A stretch of DNA of 63,494 nt, the filler included, from Octopus bimaculoides (Eukaryota), in assembly GCF_001194135.2 (NCBI RefSeq). It is 5 parts of 5 records of this genome, joined end to end, with 100 filler letters (N's around TTAATTAATTAA, not from the genome) between each part and the next. Parts side by side here need not be neighbours in the genome. Positions count along the whole stretch, not along the records: positions 1 to 20,550 come from NC_069006.1; positions 20,651 to 41,048 come from NC_068982.1; 3 more parts are not named here. One strand, written 5' to 3'. Made by a program: the position numbers and the translations under genes. Under the pieces are notes generated by a model. It was not told the DNA's origin. It searched no databases and saw only the letters and a program-made list of their open reading frames with translations. Position 1 is the first letter of the stretch. Each line of letters starts with the position of its first letter. Below, in pieces: positions 12,713 to 26,265 of the stretch.

Positions 12713-13815
12713 NNNNNNNNNNNNNNNNNNNNNNNNNNNNNNNNNNNNNNNNNNNNNNNNNNNNNNNNNNNNNNNNNNNNNNNNNNNNNNNNNNNNNNNN
12801 NNNNNNNNNNNNNNNNNNNNNNNNNNNNNNNNNNNNNNNNNNNNNNNNNNNNNNNNNNNNNNNNNNNNNNNNNNNNNNNNNNNNNNNNNNNNNNNNNNNN
12901 NNNNNNNNNNNNNNNNNNNNNNNNNNNNNNNNNNNNNNNNNNNNNNNNNNNNNNNNNNNNNNNNNNNNNNNNNNNNNNNNNNNNNNNNNNNNNNNNNNNN
13001 NNNNNNNNNNNNNNNNNNNNNNNNNNNNNNNNNNNNNNNNNNNNNNNNNNNNNNNNNNNNNNNNNNNNNNNNNNNNNNNNNNNNNNNNNNNNNNNNNNNN
13101 NNNNNNNNNNNNNNNNNNNNNNNNNNNNNNNNNNNNNNNNNNNNNNNNNNNNNNNNNNNNNNNNNNNNNNNNNNNNNNNNNNNNNNNNNNNNNNNNNNNN
13201 NNNNNNNNNNNNNNNNNNNNNNNNNNNNNNNNNNNNNNNNNNNNNNNNNNNNNNNNNNNNNNNNNNNNNNNNNNNNNNNNNNNNNNNNNNNNNNNNNNNN
13301 NNNNNNNNNNNNNNNNNNNNNNNNNNNNNNNNNNNNNNNNNNNNNNNNNNNNNNNNNNNNNNNNNNNNNNNNNNNNNNNNNNNNNNNNNNNNNNNNNNNN
13401 NNNNNNNNNNNNNNNNNNNNNNNNNNNNNNNNNNNNNNNNNNNNNNNNNNNNNNNNNNNNNNNNNNNNNNNNNNNNNNNNNNNNNNNNNNNNNNNNNNNN
13501 NNNNNNNNNNNNNNNNNNNNNNNNNNNNNNNNNNNNNNNNNNNNNNNNNNNNNNNNNNNNNNNNNNNNNNNNNNNNNNNNNNNNNNNNNNNNCTCTCTCC
13601 AAGTCTCTATCTCTCTCCAAGTCTCTTTCTCTCTCTTTCTGAATCTCTCCCTGTCTCAAACTGCATTTGTTTCTTTATATCTCTCTGTCACAGTCACTCT
13701 TTCCTTCCCCCTCTCTCTCTATCTATCAACCTATCTATCCATCTGCATTTGTCTGTCTACCTGTCTGCCTGCCTGCCTGCCTGTCTGCCTGCCTGCCTGT
13801 GTCTCTGTCTCTCTC

Positions 13816-13849
<34 letters not shown>

Positions 13850-14346
13850 ACATTCTCTGAACCTCGCCCTGTCTAACTGCATTTGTTTCTTGACATCTCT
13901 CTGTCACTGCCACTCCCTCCGCTCTCCCTCTCTACTTATTTTTCTTTCTAGCTGTCTCTCTGCATTTATCTGTCTGTCTCTCTCTCTCCTTCCATCTCTC
14001 TGTTTCTTTTTTGTATGTATTTATCCCCTTATCTTTCTGTTCCTCAGTGTCTTTTGCTCTCTCTATCTCTCTCCCTCCCTATTTATCTCTTCATCTCAAT
14101 TCTTTCATTTTTGTCTTGTAAACACACACACACACATACATTCAGACAAACAGACACATGTAGAAACGCACGTAAATAGACACATAAAGAGATCCTTTTT
14201 TGTTTTTGTTGCCTTGCAAACACATACATACAAACATACATAGACAGACACATAGACAGACAGGTACAAATATGGAGACACACTCACACAAACACACATA
14301 AAAAAACAAACACTGGCACATCAGGACACAAACAAAACTAATCAAA

Positions 14347-14347
<1 letters not shown>

Positions 14348-14377
<30 letters not shown>

Positions 14378-14385
14378 AAGAAGAA
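14348..14385. repeat. (AAG)n microsatellite
   Basis: Direct reading. Confidence 0.9.
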
Positions 14386-14874
14386 TCTCTGTAATGAGAC
14401 AACCATCTCGATCCTTTCTAAGTACAAAACTTGCACGAGAAAAAAAAAAGTCTAAAATAATGCGTCAAAATCCGAGGATGTTGGCAATAAAATAATGAGA
14501 ATTAGATAGAGTTGAGGCTGTATTTATGACTTTCGGTGTTTTTGGTTCTGATGAAGACGAAAGGTAGACGAAAAGACGTTGGAGAAACTATGTTGGTGCC
14601 CACAGAAAATTTGATACAATGACGAGCCGTGTGATTGGCGGAGAGAGGGAGAGGTAAAGAGAGAGAGAGAGAGAGCCAACAGAGAACTCTCTATGAAGAT
14701 GCTCTACATGCTAGAAACAGAAGCCAAATCTCTCACAAATTATATTTTATCGTTTTTAAAACCGAGCAAATGAAGTTCTCTCGTTTATATCTGTGATATT
14801 GTTGTAGTTTTTGTCTAGCTCTCAGTCGCTCCAAATCAGGCTGCCCTCACAATCAAAGACATTCCAAACAGCTT

Positions 14875-14913
<39 letters not shown>

Positions 14914-15531
14914 NNNNNNNNNNNNNNNNNNNNNNNNNNNNNNNNNNNNNNNNNNNNNNNNNNNNNNNNNNNNNNNNNNNNNNNNNNNNNNNNNNNNNNN
15001 NNNNNNNNNNNNNNNNNNNNNNNNNNNNNNNNNNNNNNNNNNNNNNNNNNNNNNNNNNNNNNNNNNNNNNNNNNNNNNNNNNNNNNNNNNNNNNNNNNNN
15101 NNNNNNNNNNNNNNNNNNNNNNNNNNNNNNNNNNNNNNNNNNNNNNNNNNNNNNNNNNNNNNNNNNNNNNNNNNNNNNNNNNNNNNNNNNNNNNNNNNNN
15201 NNNNNNNNNNNNNNNNNNNNNNNNNNNNNNNNNNNNNNNNNNNNNNNNNNNNNNNNNNNNNNNNNNNNNNNNNNNNNNNNNNNNNNNNNNNNNNNNNNNN
15301 NNNNNNNNNNNNNNNNNNNNNNNNNNNNNNNNNNNNNNNNNNNNNNNNNNNNNNNNNNNNNNNNNNNNNNNNNNNNNNNNNNNNNNNNNNNNNNNNNNNN
15401 NNNNNNNNNNNNNNNNNNNNNNNNNNNNNNNNNNNNNNNNNNNNNNNNNNNNNNNNNNNNNNNNNNNNNNNNNNNNNNNNNNNNNNNNNNNNNNNNNNNN
15501 NNNNNNNNNNNNNNNACTATGGTGGTTCTTT

Positions 15532-15573
<42 letters not shown>

Positions 15574-16371
15574 GTTGGGGGAGGTGGAGCGATGTGAGCA
15601 GCGGTAGGAGGAGGTTTCGCTTGTGGGTTCCTTAAACCCGCCCACGGGGACCCGTTTCTGGTTGAATAACCAAACAGGTTGATACTGACATCATACAAAA
15701 CACACATACACGCACGCACACACGCATACGTGCACATGCAATTATGCATATACACATACACAGGCCATATTCAAATCTATACATATACACACACATACAG
15801 ACACCCGCACATACGCATATGTGTATGTATACACACACACATATATACTTATACATACATATGTATACACGCATATATATATTTATACATATATACGTAT
15901 ATATATATATATATACACACACATATATACATATACACAGATATATACATATACACACACAGATATACATACATAAACACACATATATACATACACACAC
16001 ACATATATATATACATATACACATATATATATATACACACACACAGACACATATATATATACATATACACACATACATAGGTACACAAATATATACACAC
16101 ATATACACGCACATACATAGATACACAAATATATACACACATACACGCACATACATACATATATATATATATATATTTACACACACACACACATACATAT
16201 AGACGCAGTAGCATTAACTACAAACACACATACGCATACACATTATGTGCTGCCAAGAAAAGTAGAGCACGNNNNNNNNNNNNNNNNNNNNNNNNNNNNN
16301 NNNNNNNNNNNNNNNNNNNNNNNNNNNNNNNNNNNNNNNNNNNNNNNNNNNNNNNNNNNNNNNNNNNNNNN

Positions 16372-16415
<44 letters not shown>

Positions 16416-16939
16416 TACCAAATTTAAAGAAGTTGAACAGACAAAATGTAAGCTACATATCTTTCTTAACTAGCTGAGCCCTTTATGTAACAGTTGGGCT
16501 CAGCGTTGCTAGTCATCAGGTTAAAAGTACCCCAACGAATACAGGCGCATAACAAGCGTTGGGGATTGGTAAGCGTTGGGATTCGTAATTGGAAAGAGTT
16601 GGGAGTTGGTAAGTGTTGGGCTTGATAATTAGCGGTCCTGCTCATGAGGCTGGCTGGCTGGCTGGCTGGTGGCGGCGATGTTGGTGCAGGCAATACAGCG
16701 TAATATATCCGAATTGTCGGCAGTCAGGGGCCTGAAATTAGGGTCAGGATTTGCCAGAAGGGCATACCTCTGGTGACAGCAATAAGATAAATCGTATTTC
16801 TTATTGATGGGCACTGCCGGTTATTGGAGGATATGCAGGGCTGACAGTTGGGATCGCCGGGTGAATATGGTGGTGTTCCGTCAACACGATGATGGGCGTT
16901 TCGTCTCGGAGGTCACAGAATCTCCGGAGAAAACGAGAC

Positions 16940-17221
16940 AATGAAGTACAGTTTTTTGTTTTTTTTTACCTTGGTTCTGAGCGAGTGCATTCTGTACGGG
17001 TAATACTTACTTATATTCAGGCGTAAATTTACGTCTAAGAAATCGACCGTAGTCAGGTTGGCGGTAACCGTTATGGACAGAACGAACTCCTTAAATATTT
17101 TATTCAAGTCCTTCCTGAAGCTGTCCATGCTGTGGCCATTCCTATGGTTTGAGATAGTCAGGCCATCGTCCCTATAGAGGGCAGACTTATGTGTGTGGGT
17201 ACGCCTCTTGAAAGTATCCAA
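16940..17221 (-). mobile_element. Penelope-like reverse transcriptase fragment
   Basis: ORF 16913-17221 reads LYRDDGL...RKDLNKIFKE...ITVTANLTTVDFLDVNL...YYPYR: catalytic YRDD motif and the following RT motifs, homologous to the copy at 56745-57200. Confidence 0.88.
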
Positions 17222-17964
17222 CGAATTTGAATCAAACTATATATATATACACACACATACACACATACATACATACATACATCCAAAATATTGACCCGGT
17301 CCTATATACGAAATTGTGCGCTTCCCATTGGTTATTTTTTTATCCGTAACGCTGTATAAGTAAAGTATTAAATAGGACGCACGCCAGAAATGGCTGGGTA
17401 CGATAACAAAGAGCTCACAGTTAGGTAGACAACATTGAAGACATCAAGTGTTGGTAGGATGCTATAGATTATGTAAGTACCAAATCCTAATTAAATCATT
17501 AGATCCGACTCTCGGGTTAGTTCTTGGTGTGGCGTCGGTATAAAAGAGAACACAAATGACGTTTAAAGTATACGACAGCTGTTTTCATAGAATTTTATTG
17601 ATGTATTCATGGATTACACCGTTACACATAATCCACTATCTTTGGTGGATTATATTAAATTTTAAACAGGTGCGATTTCATACATTCAACCTGGACAAAT
17701 CCAACGTCGTCTGAACGCGCGTGCACGCGCACATCTATCTATTTCACAATGGGTGTATTATAGCGGACTAAAGCAACAGACCATATGCTGATGGCAGTCG
17801 CAAGTCTCCTTGCATTGAGTTCTGACCTTAAGAGAAGTCTGAGGCGCTTCAAATATTGTCATGGTTGGGGAGTTGCACTCACGATCGCGAGTTTGTGGTT
17901 TCAGTTCCTAGACTTCATGGTGCGATGCGTTCTTGAGAAAAACACTTCATCTATACACACACAC

Positions 17965-18001
<37 letters not shown>

Positions 18002-18022
18002 CGTAAATTATTTATACATTAT

Positions 18023-18054
<32 letters not shown>

Positions 18055-18344
18055 ACTATAAATAATTTACGTATTTATACACGAAAGAGGTTACCTTTGA
18101 CAGGACAACTTACATGCTAGGAAGAGTAGTTAAAGCCCAAACCAAGAATAAGAGTAATTTCAAAGGGAATGAAAATTAAAAAAATATTTTTGTAGTTACC
18201 CTCAGACTCGAGTTTCTGCTTCAATGTGCATGATAAATCAATCTGCCACCCGTACTTCTTCGGTGAGGGTGCTAAAATTAATGTATATCTATGCAGCAAA
18301 CAGCACCGAAAATACCCGTACTATATACATACATTATAATTTTC

Positions 18345-18775
18345 AAATCCAAAGCTGAAAAGGAAAGTGCAAACTGCTCTAAGGAAAATTAAACAGGGAT
18401 GCTGGAATGACAGAGCAAAAGGGGTACCAGAAGCAGCTGATAGAAATGATGCCAAGGCTTTATACTCTTATGCTAAGGAGGTATATGGCTCAAAATTTTC
18501 TTCAATAGCTTCAGTGAGAACAGCAAATGGAAGTTTGCTTCTGACTGACAGCGCTTTTATTCATAAGCGCTGGGTAGAACATTTTTCTACACTTTTGAAT
18601 AGACCATCATCGCGGATATGAGGACGATAGAAAAAATCGAACACCTTCCAGTTACAGATGAAATGGCATTTGAACCAACCCGAAAGACATTTATTTAGCT
18701 GTGAATAAACTGAATAACAATAAGTCTCCAGGGTCTGATGGAATCTGTTCAGAAGTCTTGAAATATGTGACAAAA
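18345..18775 (+). mobile_element. RTE-clade LINE fragment (endonuclease-RT linker)
   Basis: QTALRKIKQGCW...AADRNDAKALY...KEVYGS...RWVEHFSTLLNRPS, then frameshifted NNNKSPGSDGI. Confidence 0.85.
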
Positions 18776-18799
18776 TCCACTCAGAAAGATTTCGTCAGC

Positions 18800-18900
18800 C
18801 CCAGGCTATAGCAGAAGACACTGACCCAAGATGTCACGCAGTGGGACTGAACCTGGAATGATGTGGTCGGGAAGCAAACCTCTCACCACAGAGCCACTGA
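18800..18900 (-). mobile_element. SINE family B head
   Basis: gcagtgggactgaacctgga...gggaagcaaacctctcaccacagagccac is the reverse complement of the head at 5355. Confidence 0.75.
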
Positions 18901-19741
18901 CATACACATGTATGCGAATGCGTACTACAAGATTGCTATGTTTAAATCCAACCGAACAACATTTGTGTGTGTGTGTGTGTGTGTGTGTGTCTTTTACCGC
19001 CGTCCAAAAATAAACACGAGACTTACATACTCCCCTCTTCAAACACCTCCTACCTCTCCCTGCACTCCACTGTACCCTTATACACTCTTCCATATATACA
19101 CTCTACGTATGTCTTGTTCTAAATATCCTCGTATAATCCAAAGGCTGAAGGTTTACAAAAGATCCTTTAAATTGACATCTCATATTTACGTTCCTTCAAC
19201 CCCTACACTTCAACCACCTTAACTGGTAACCCCTCAACCCACCACCACTACTTACTTACGTACCCCTATCACACCCTGGTCATGCTAGTTTTGTTTGTTT
19301 GTTTTTTGTATAATTTTTTTTATTTTATTTTATATCTTAATATATTTTGTAGATTTTTCAAGTTCCCATAAATTGATAAAACCTAAAATAAAAAAAAAAC
19401 AAGCAAATAACAGGAAACTCGAAACTAGTTTTCATCTGTTTGCCAACTTGTTTTTTGCTGTGTGTATGTGTGTGTGTGTGTGTATATGAATTTTCGTGTG
19501 TATATATGTGTATTTGCATTTACGGAGAAAGAGATATCCACACGCAAACATACGCATATACAAAGGTATATATTTATAGAAGTACAATTATACATGTATA
19601 TATGAATGTATTTACAGTTACATATATATATATATATATATACACACACAAATGTATCTCTAGTTATATATATATCTATATATGTATAGTTATATATGTA
19701 TAAATGAGTGTATACATAGTTTCATATGTAAGTATGTATGC

Positions 19742-19868
<127 letters not shown>

Positions 19869-19894
19869 CATACATATATATATATGGTATGTGT

Positions 19895-20075
19895 CTGTGC
19901 TTGTCCTTGCAATACTGCTTGACAACCAGTGTTGGTGTGTTTACGTCTCCGTAACTTAGCGGTTCGGCAAAACTGACCTATAGAATATGTACCAGGCTTT
20001 AAAAATAAGTACTGGGGTCGATTCATTCGACTAACCCCAGTATGGCCGCAATCTACTGACTGAACCAAATAAAAG
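19895..20075 (+). mobile_element. SINE family B, 3' part
   Basis: cttgacaaccagtgttggtgtgtttacgtctccgtaacttagcggttcggcaaaa...ggggtcgattcattcgact. Confidence 0.8.
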
Positions 20076-20594
20076 ATAGTATGAATACATATACACCCAG
20101 TCACCCAACAATAACGACATCTTGCATTATAGTTTATTCCCATTCACATAAAGAAAACTTTTTCCGCGGCTAAAAAATTGTTTTGCCTTTATTACTGTTG
20201 TTGTGTTTGCTTTAGTTTATTTATTTATTTATATATTTTAATGTAGTTCTTTACCTTTTTGCTTGTTTCCGTCGTGTTTTTTACAGTTTTTTTTTTTCCT
20301 CAGTGATATGTACATTGTGTTTTTTTCTATCATTGTTATAGATGTTGTTGTTGTTGTTTGTTCCCCTTCCCCCTCCTTCCTCTCCAATTAGGTTTTATTG
20401 CCCTGATATATTGCTGTTTATTGTGCAATTCACATGTTTGGTTTTACTAAAGAAAAATATAAATACATATATATATATATGAGTATATGCATGTATGTAC
20501 ATACAGGTACACAACACATATACATGTATAATACGAGCAAACCCGTGACTNNNNNNNNNNNNNNNNNNNNNNNNNNNNNNNNNNNNNNNNNNNN

Positions 20595-20606
20595 TTAATT
20601 AATTAA
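20595..20606. other. Assembly gap spacer TTAATTAATTAA (also ~41093, ~45275, ~58323)
   Basis: The same 12-mer centred in N-runs four times and carrying stops in all six frames; an artificial scaffolding marker. Confidence 0.9.
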
Positions 20607-21504
20607 NNNNNNNNNNNNNNNNNNNNNNNNNNNNNNNNNNNNNNNNNNNNATATATATATATATATATATATATATAAAGATGAGAAATTATTTAAGTAA
20701 ATCTGTTTGGAGCAGCAGTATGCGGGTGAGAGATGCAGGTACGTGTGGATATTACTTGGTGTAGATAATTCAGAATCTCAAGCAGTTCAGCATCTGTGAC
20801 AATGCGAATGAATTACAAGAACCAAGTGTTATCTGTAGTGAAGTTAATGAATGTACAGACCGCACACAGATTTGCACAATGTATGTTAAGAGACAATGTA
20901 GCTATTCATAATGGTTAAAATTGTTCAAACATATGTAGAAACTGCTGATGAACTGAGAGGAAAGACAAAGAAGACGAGCCAGGATGATCTATTCTGTACA
21001 TCATATATCTAATGGCTAGTTACAGAGAAGTATTCCAACATTAAATAGAACAACGACAAGTTTAGATAAGCTACTTATTGTCATATAAAATATAATGAAA
21101 TCTAATAGTATATTAAAACATAATTCAATATATGTATGTTACACGTACTGTGTCCAACACTCTAAGATTTTGCCCTCACCTTTGTTAATTGTGCATTAAA
21201 ATTAAGTACATAGTCACAAAACCACAAGCGTACATATGTATGTGGTTATGCGCGCGCGCGCGTGCGCTTTTACACTAAGAAAATATGAGATCAGGTGGCG
21301 CGAATACTTTTCTCAAAAGCGTTAATTGTCGAAATCATGCCAGGTTTTGAATGCTAGAAAGTTTATGTGTTCTTCTCTCGTATTTCTCGCATTCTTGAAT
21401 TGACGTAATCTGATGCAGATTAATTATTAAAATGAGGTTTATAATTTACTGAATTGTAAACAGTACCGGATTGTTGATACCTTTTGAAGCTGGTACTAAT
21501 ACTG

Positions 21505-21716
21505 GTTTTAAATTCTGAAACAAGTCCAATGATTTAGTGGGATAGATAGGGTAATACATCGACCCAGTGTTCAAATGGTACTTATTTTATCGACCTTGTA
21601 GGGTGAAAGCAACGTCACCTCGATGGAACTTGAACTCAGAATATGAAGACGGACGAAATGCCGCAAAGCAAGCATTATACCCAGCGTGCTACCGATTATG
21701 CCTGCGCGCTACCTTA
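21505..21716 (-). mobile_element. SINE family A
   Basis: Reverse complement of the family A head and body (ttgaactcagaatatgaagacggacgaaatgccgc...). Confidence 0.75.
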
Positions 21717-21742
21717 GCTGGTATTAATATTAAAGTTTAGTA

Positions 21743-21900
21743 AGGGGCAATGAGCTGGCAGAATTGTCAACGCGTAAGGAAAAATGCTTAGCGGCTTTTC
21801 GTCCGTCTTTCCATTCTGATTTCAAATTCTGCGGAGGTTGACAAAATAAGTTCCAGCTGAGCACTGGGGTCGCTGTAAACGACATACTACCTCCTCCAAA
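21743..21900 (+). mobile_element. SINE family A, internally deleted
   Basis: ggggcaatgagctggcagaattgtc...aaaatgcttagcggc...ttctgatttcaaattctgcggagg...gagcactggggtcg. Confidence 0.8.
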
Positions 21901-23184
21901 ACCAATATTAAAGTTTCGTATAACTTTAACAGAGTTCAAATTCTCAACAGAGTTGAACAAAGTAAAATGCGTAAAGTACTTAAACATTTAATTAGCTCAT
22001 CTAAAAAAGTCGCTCTTCTTTTTAATATTAAGTCCTCTCTGGCCAGATAAAAAATGTTCATCTACTATGGCAGTGGTAAATGTAATGATTATATTTTCGT
22101 ATGGTATTTAAAGCTGTAAATTAAGCATACTTGCTTCAAACAAAGATTGAAACGGTGTTGTCGAGGTTATTACTTTACGACGCTGACCTTTTATTCAAAT
22201 CAATATTGTTTTCTTTGTTAGTTTCATAAAAGTTCTCTGATTTATAGAGAAAAGAAATGAAGTGTTTTTGTGTTTCTTGCTAAAAGCATGAATGCTGCAA
22301 CACCCTTTCAATTATGATAATATCTATCTACTTACCCAAGACTAATAACTAAATAAACATTTGTCAGTTATACAGATCTTATTATACTGCTTACATAAGA
22401 ACTCTACCTGTCATGATATTTTATTTACAGCAAGTTGGATTATAACAGCGGGAAATAAGTCTGTTTACAAATGACACAACAATGTACGATCTAGTTGTAA
22501 GTATTAACGGATTTAATGTTTCTACCTCAAAATAAATATAAATAAATACATAAATAAATACATAAATAAATAAATCATGAGCAACATATTGTTATTGCCA
22601 GGATAAAGTTGTTTACTTGAGGAACTGTTCAATTGTTTACAATTTTGAGTTCAAATCCTGAAGATGGAAGAATTCCATGCTATTAGTAGAAGATTTGCGA
22701 CAGTGAGACACATCAACAAAGATAGAAAGCATGCCGTTATGAAAAATCTGTTTTGTTATTTACACCCTGTACCCACTCAGCCACCATTAGAAGAAATCAC
22801 ATATAGCCTCTCGCTTAAATGAACAATCATTCTCCATTCTAAGTGACAGCGAAGAGATTAACAGGGAACAACAGGAAAAATGATAAAACGTTTTATAAAC
22901 AACATCCGTATAGAGCCATTGCCATAAAGAAAATATCTGAAAAAATTGATAGATTTTATACACGATTTGACCTTTGAAATAGTGATTCAAATGTAAACAG
23001 AATTGCTATGTTGAGTCAGTTGATATTTTGGCTACTGGAAAAAATTGCGCGCTATTCCTTTGTTCAGGAATGCAAGAAAGCATTGGAGACTCTACTTCAA
23101 GTTCAAAAAGTTAATGTCATAAAGCTCGCGCACGCACACGCACACATACAAACACACATGCACACACACATATACACACCCACG

Positions 23185-23231
<47 letters not shown>

Positions 23232-23787
23232 ACATATTCATTGGTATATATATATATATATATANNNNNNNNNNNNNNNNNNNNNNNNNNNNNNNTACAT
23301 ATACATATTTATATATTTATATATAACGTGTGTGTGTGTGTGTGTGTGTGTGAGTGTGTGCTAATGTGTGTAATATTTGTTGTTGCTTTCAATCCCAGTG
23401 ACATATTTGTGAAATATAAATGACCTTATAAACCTCATAAGCAATAATACTTTACATTCAAAACAAAACTTTATTTTATATTTTATTTGAAAAGTTCAAA
23501 TATATTTTTTCTTATTTTTCTGTCGCAAACCGTCTCTGAAATATTTGAAAGCAAACGATAATCCCAATGATTTAAGCACACAGATGTACTTTCATATCAC
23601 CAATACCGCCAGTCTTGCGATGTATTGTTGCAAAAGCCATAATCTTTAGTCATTTTTTTTTGTTTCGTTTTCTTTTTCTATTCACTTCGAAAGTGTGTGA
23701 AGTGAACCTTCCGAGCAATGAGAAATTATGAAGAGTGAGAAATATTTGCTGTTTATACTATGCTACATACAACACATGTTATTAATT

Positions 23788-24015
23788 AGTAGCGTGAAAG
23801 GCAGCGAACTAGCACAAGTGTAAGCTCGGAACGTAAACGGGAAAAATGCTTAGCAGCATTTCGTCCGTTTTTACCTGAGGTTTCAAATGCCGCCCTGATC
23901 GCTGTTGTTTTTTTTATCTTTACGAGTCGATAAAATAAGTACCAGTTGATCACTGGGTGGATGTAACTTACTATCCGCATCCCCTGAAATTGCTGGCCTT
24001 GTGCCAAAATTTGAC
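23788..24015 (+). mobile_element. SINE family A, degenerate
   Basis: aaggcagcgaactagc...aaaatgcttagcagcatttcgtcc...gtcgataaaataagtaccagttg...ggccttgtgccaaaatttga. Confidence 0.75.
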
Positions 24016-26004
24016 CTTGAGCTGAAATAAAATAGGAGGAGGTTTGACTGAATCGCATTTGTTCCAACTGTTTATGTTCTGAGTTCAAATCCCTTGAGTG
24101 TCTGCCTTCCATCCAATATTGGTAAAATAAATCACCAGTCAAGTACCGCGGTGGGTATGATTGGCAGTGCTCTCCTAAATAATTTTGGCAGTGTGCATAA
24201 ATGATAAATTAGTGACTTTGTTTGATATTGTAAACATGTTGGAGTAACTAACAGATTTAGTTGCAAATGCTGATTCTTTCAACTTCAATTCCTTTTAAAT
24301 CTAGATGCTTTATTCTGTAGCTAGATGCTTTAATCATTGTAATGCTGTAAATACATGCTTTATCTGTTTAAAATTTAATGCGGGTAGAAACTGAAAGATC
24401 TCCAAAGGGGGCTTTTAGTTTTGGGGAAATTCCAGCTAAAGAGCTGAATAGAATATTAATAAATTAAGCTTGAAAATTAAATTGAGGTCCCTGTCGTAGT
24501 CGACATACAAATCGTTCGTTAATATCATAAAGAAAACAAATGAGATGATTGAATAATCACAACTGCACAGTTTGTGGAATCTCTCATTCTGACGTTGTCA
24601 GAGCTTGGAACTTAGAAAATACGTTGAAAAAGTTGTTGCTTGAAATATCTGAGGTTACCAGCAAATTCTCTGAAAATGAAGTTATGTAAAAATATAAAAA
24701 GTAGATAATTAAAAATAAAAGTTAAATATAACAAAATGACAACTTAGGCGAGTGTTATATGTAGTGATAGTAAATCCCACTAGAATATGAGTTTACTCGT
24801 TCTTCTAGATGAGTATTGAAGGCAGGGTAACCTAGATATTCTTCAGACCATTGAATTGTACTGTAGTCGACAACAAGGAATTGGTTAGGCTTTACCAGAC
24901 TAATTTGATCATAATACACTAGTTTACAACTAATTGTGGTGGATATATTTTTCTTTTAAATCAATTTTAAGTAAAATATTTAGTTGCAGAAATGAAATTT
25001 TCCTGTTGAATGCGGTCTAAGCATTTCTGTTTCAGACATTTGAAAATAGCCGCTGTTGTTCTTCAATCACAGTTCAACCCTTATGAAGCAAACCTATAAT
25101 GAAATAAAGATATTTCAGCCATGATTGTCCTGTATATATTTTCCAATATTTCTATAACTAAAGGGCGTTGGTTAGAGGAGATTTGGCTATTTTTCCTAGA
25201 AGAATGTGTAACCGACTAGATGTTTCCCTCTTTGGTTTGTTCCGAGTGTGTTGCTGTTGTTGTTAACATAGGCTCAGTTCTGAGCGAACAGACTTAAGGT
25301 AAATGAAGTGAAATACATTGCAGCACTAACTACCTAGTCTTTTTGTATATCATGGGCTATATCATCTAATATCTCCTTCCTTTTTTAATACTGTAGGATA
25401 TCATTCCGGAGAAATTTGCAACCATTTCAGGTATGGCAATTCCTCGTAGAGGTCATGTTTTAGAGTAGCAGTGGGTAGTTAAAGTGATATGATTTATGAT
25501 CCCAACTTATCACAATTTGACAAAAATTTACCGGTTTAATTTAAAACAGATTTAAAAGTTAATTATTCTTCGTTTGTGTAAATATCCTAGGTATATCGAG
25601 CTCTATAAATCTGAAGATATTGTTCTGACAGTAAATATACACGATCCCTTAAGTCATTTCTTGAGGATAAACGATAAACATTGGAATGATTCATGTTAAA
25701 TGCGCAGATTTAAATATTCTCTGTTGGTTTGATAGAACAGGCGATCAATGTTAAGTTAATGTAGAATTTAATTAAAACTTCACCAGTATTTAGGAAAGGT
25801 TAATAGTAGAATATAAGATAAAAGATTGTACAAAATAACAATATAAAATGGCATAAAGCGATAGATATCTGTATATGTGTACAAAATCATTGAAAAGGTC
25901 CCTTTGCGCCATACTTAATTATGATTACCATATTAAAGGTCTGGTTGGTATGATGTCGCTCAACAACGCAGTAAACATCTGATACATAGACGATCTCTTT
26001 CCTC

Positions 26005-26265
26005 ACTCTACATTTTGTATTCGCACCAGACTAGGTTCCTCTGTCTCTTGGAGCTGGCCGGAAGGATTCCTGCTAATTCCACTTCTACTTATCCAACACA
26101 TTTGCCTCTCCTCTTCCTTCTACCTATATTGTGCTTTACACCTATGTCAGACCCTGCACTAGTCCTTTCACACAATCGTTTCCCTTCTAGAAAGTTATAT
26201 CGCGGTGTGTTCTTCACTGCCCTTGTTTATCCTGACGTCGTTGACCTGAAGTCGTTCACGAATAT
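26005..26265 (-). mobile_element. Possible highly decayed RTE-like LINE 3' end
   Basis: Minus strand gives IRERLQV.DV and RRKRRG/DR-like remnants in mixed frames. Confidence 0.35.

Noticed and set aside
14548-14575. ctgatgaagacgaaaggtagacgaaa hammerhead-like core
   Set aside because: No stem II, stem III or stem I pairing could be formed.
1558-16214. Many long ORFs of CV/HT/YI/LS repeats in the ORF track (also throughout the rest of the window)
   Set aside because: They are translations of (GT)n, (AT)n, (GA)n microsatellites and N-gaps, with no protein signal.
20595-20606. Recurrent TTAATTAATTAA palindrome
   Set aside because: Always centred in N-runs; an assembly spacer, not biology.
20700-21000. 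Possible RTE 3'-end remnant (RG..KKT-like)
   Set aside because: Too degraded to support a feature call.
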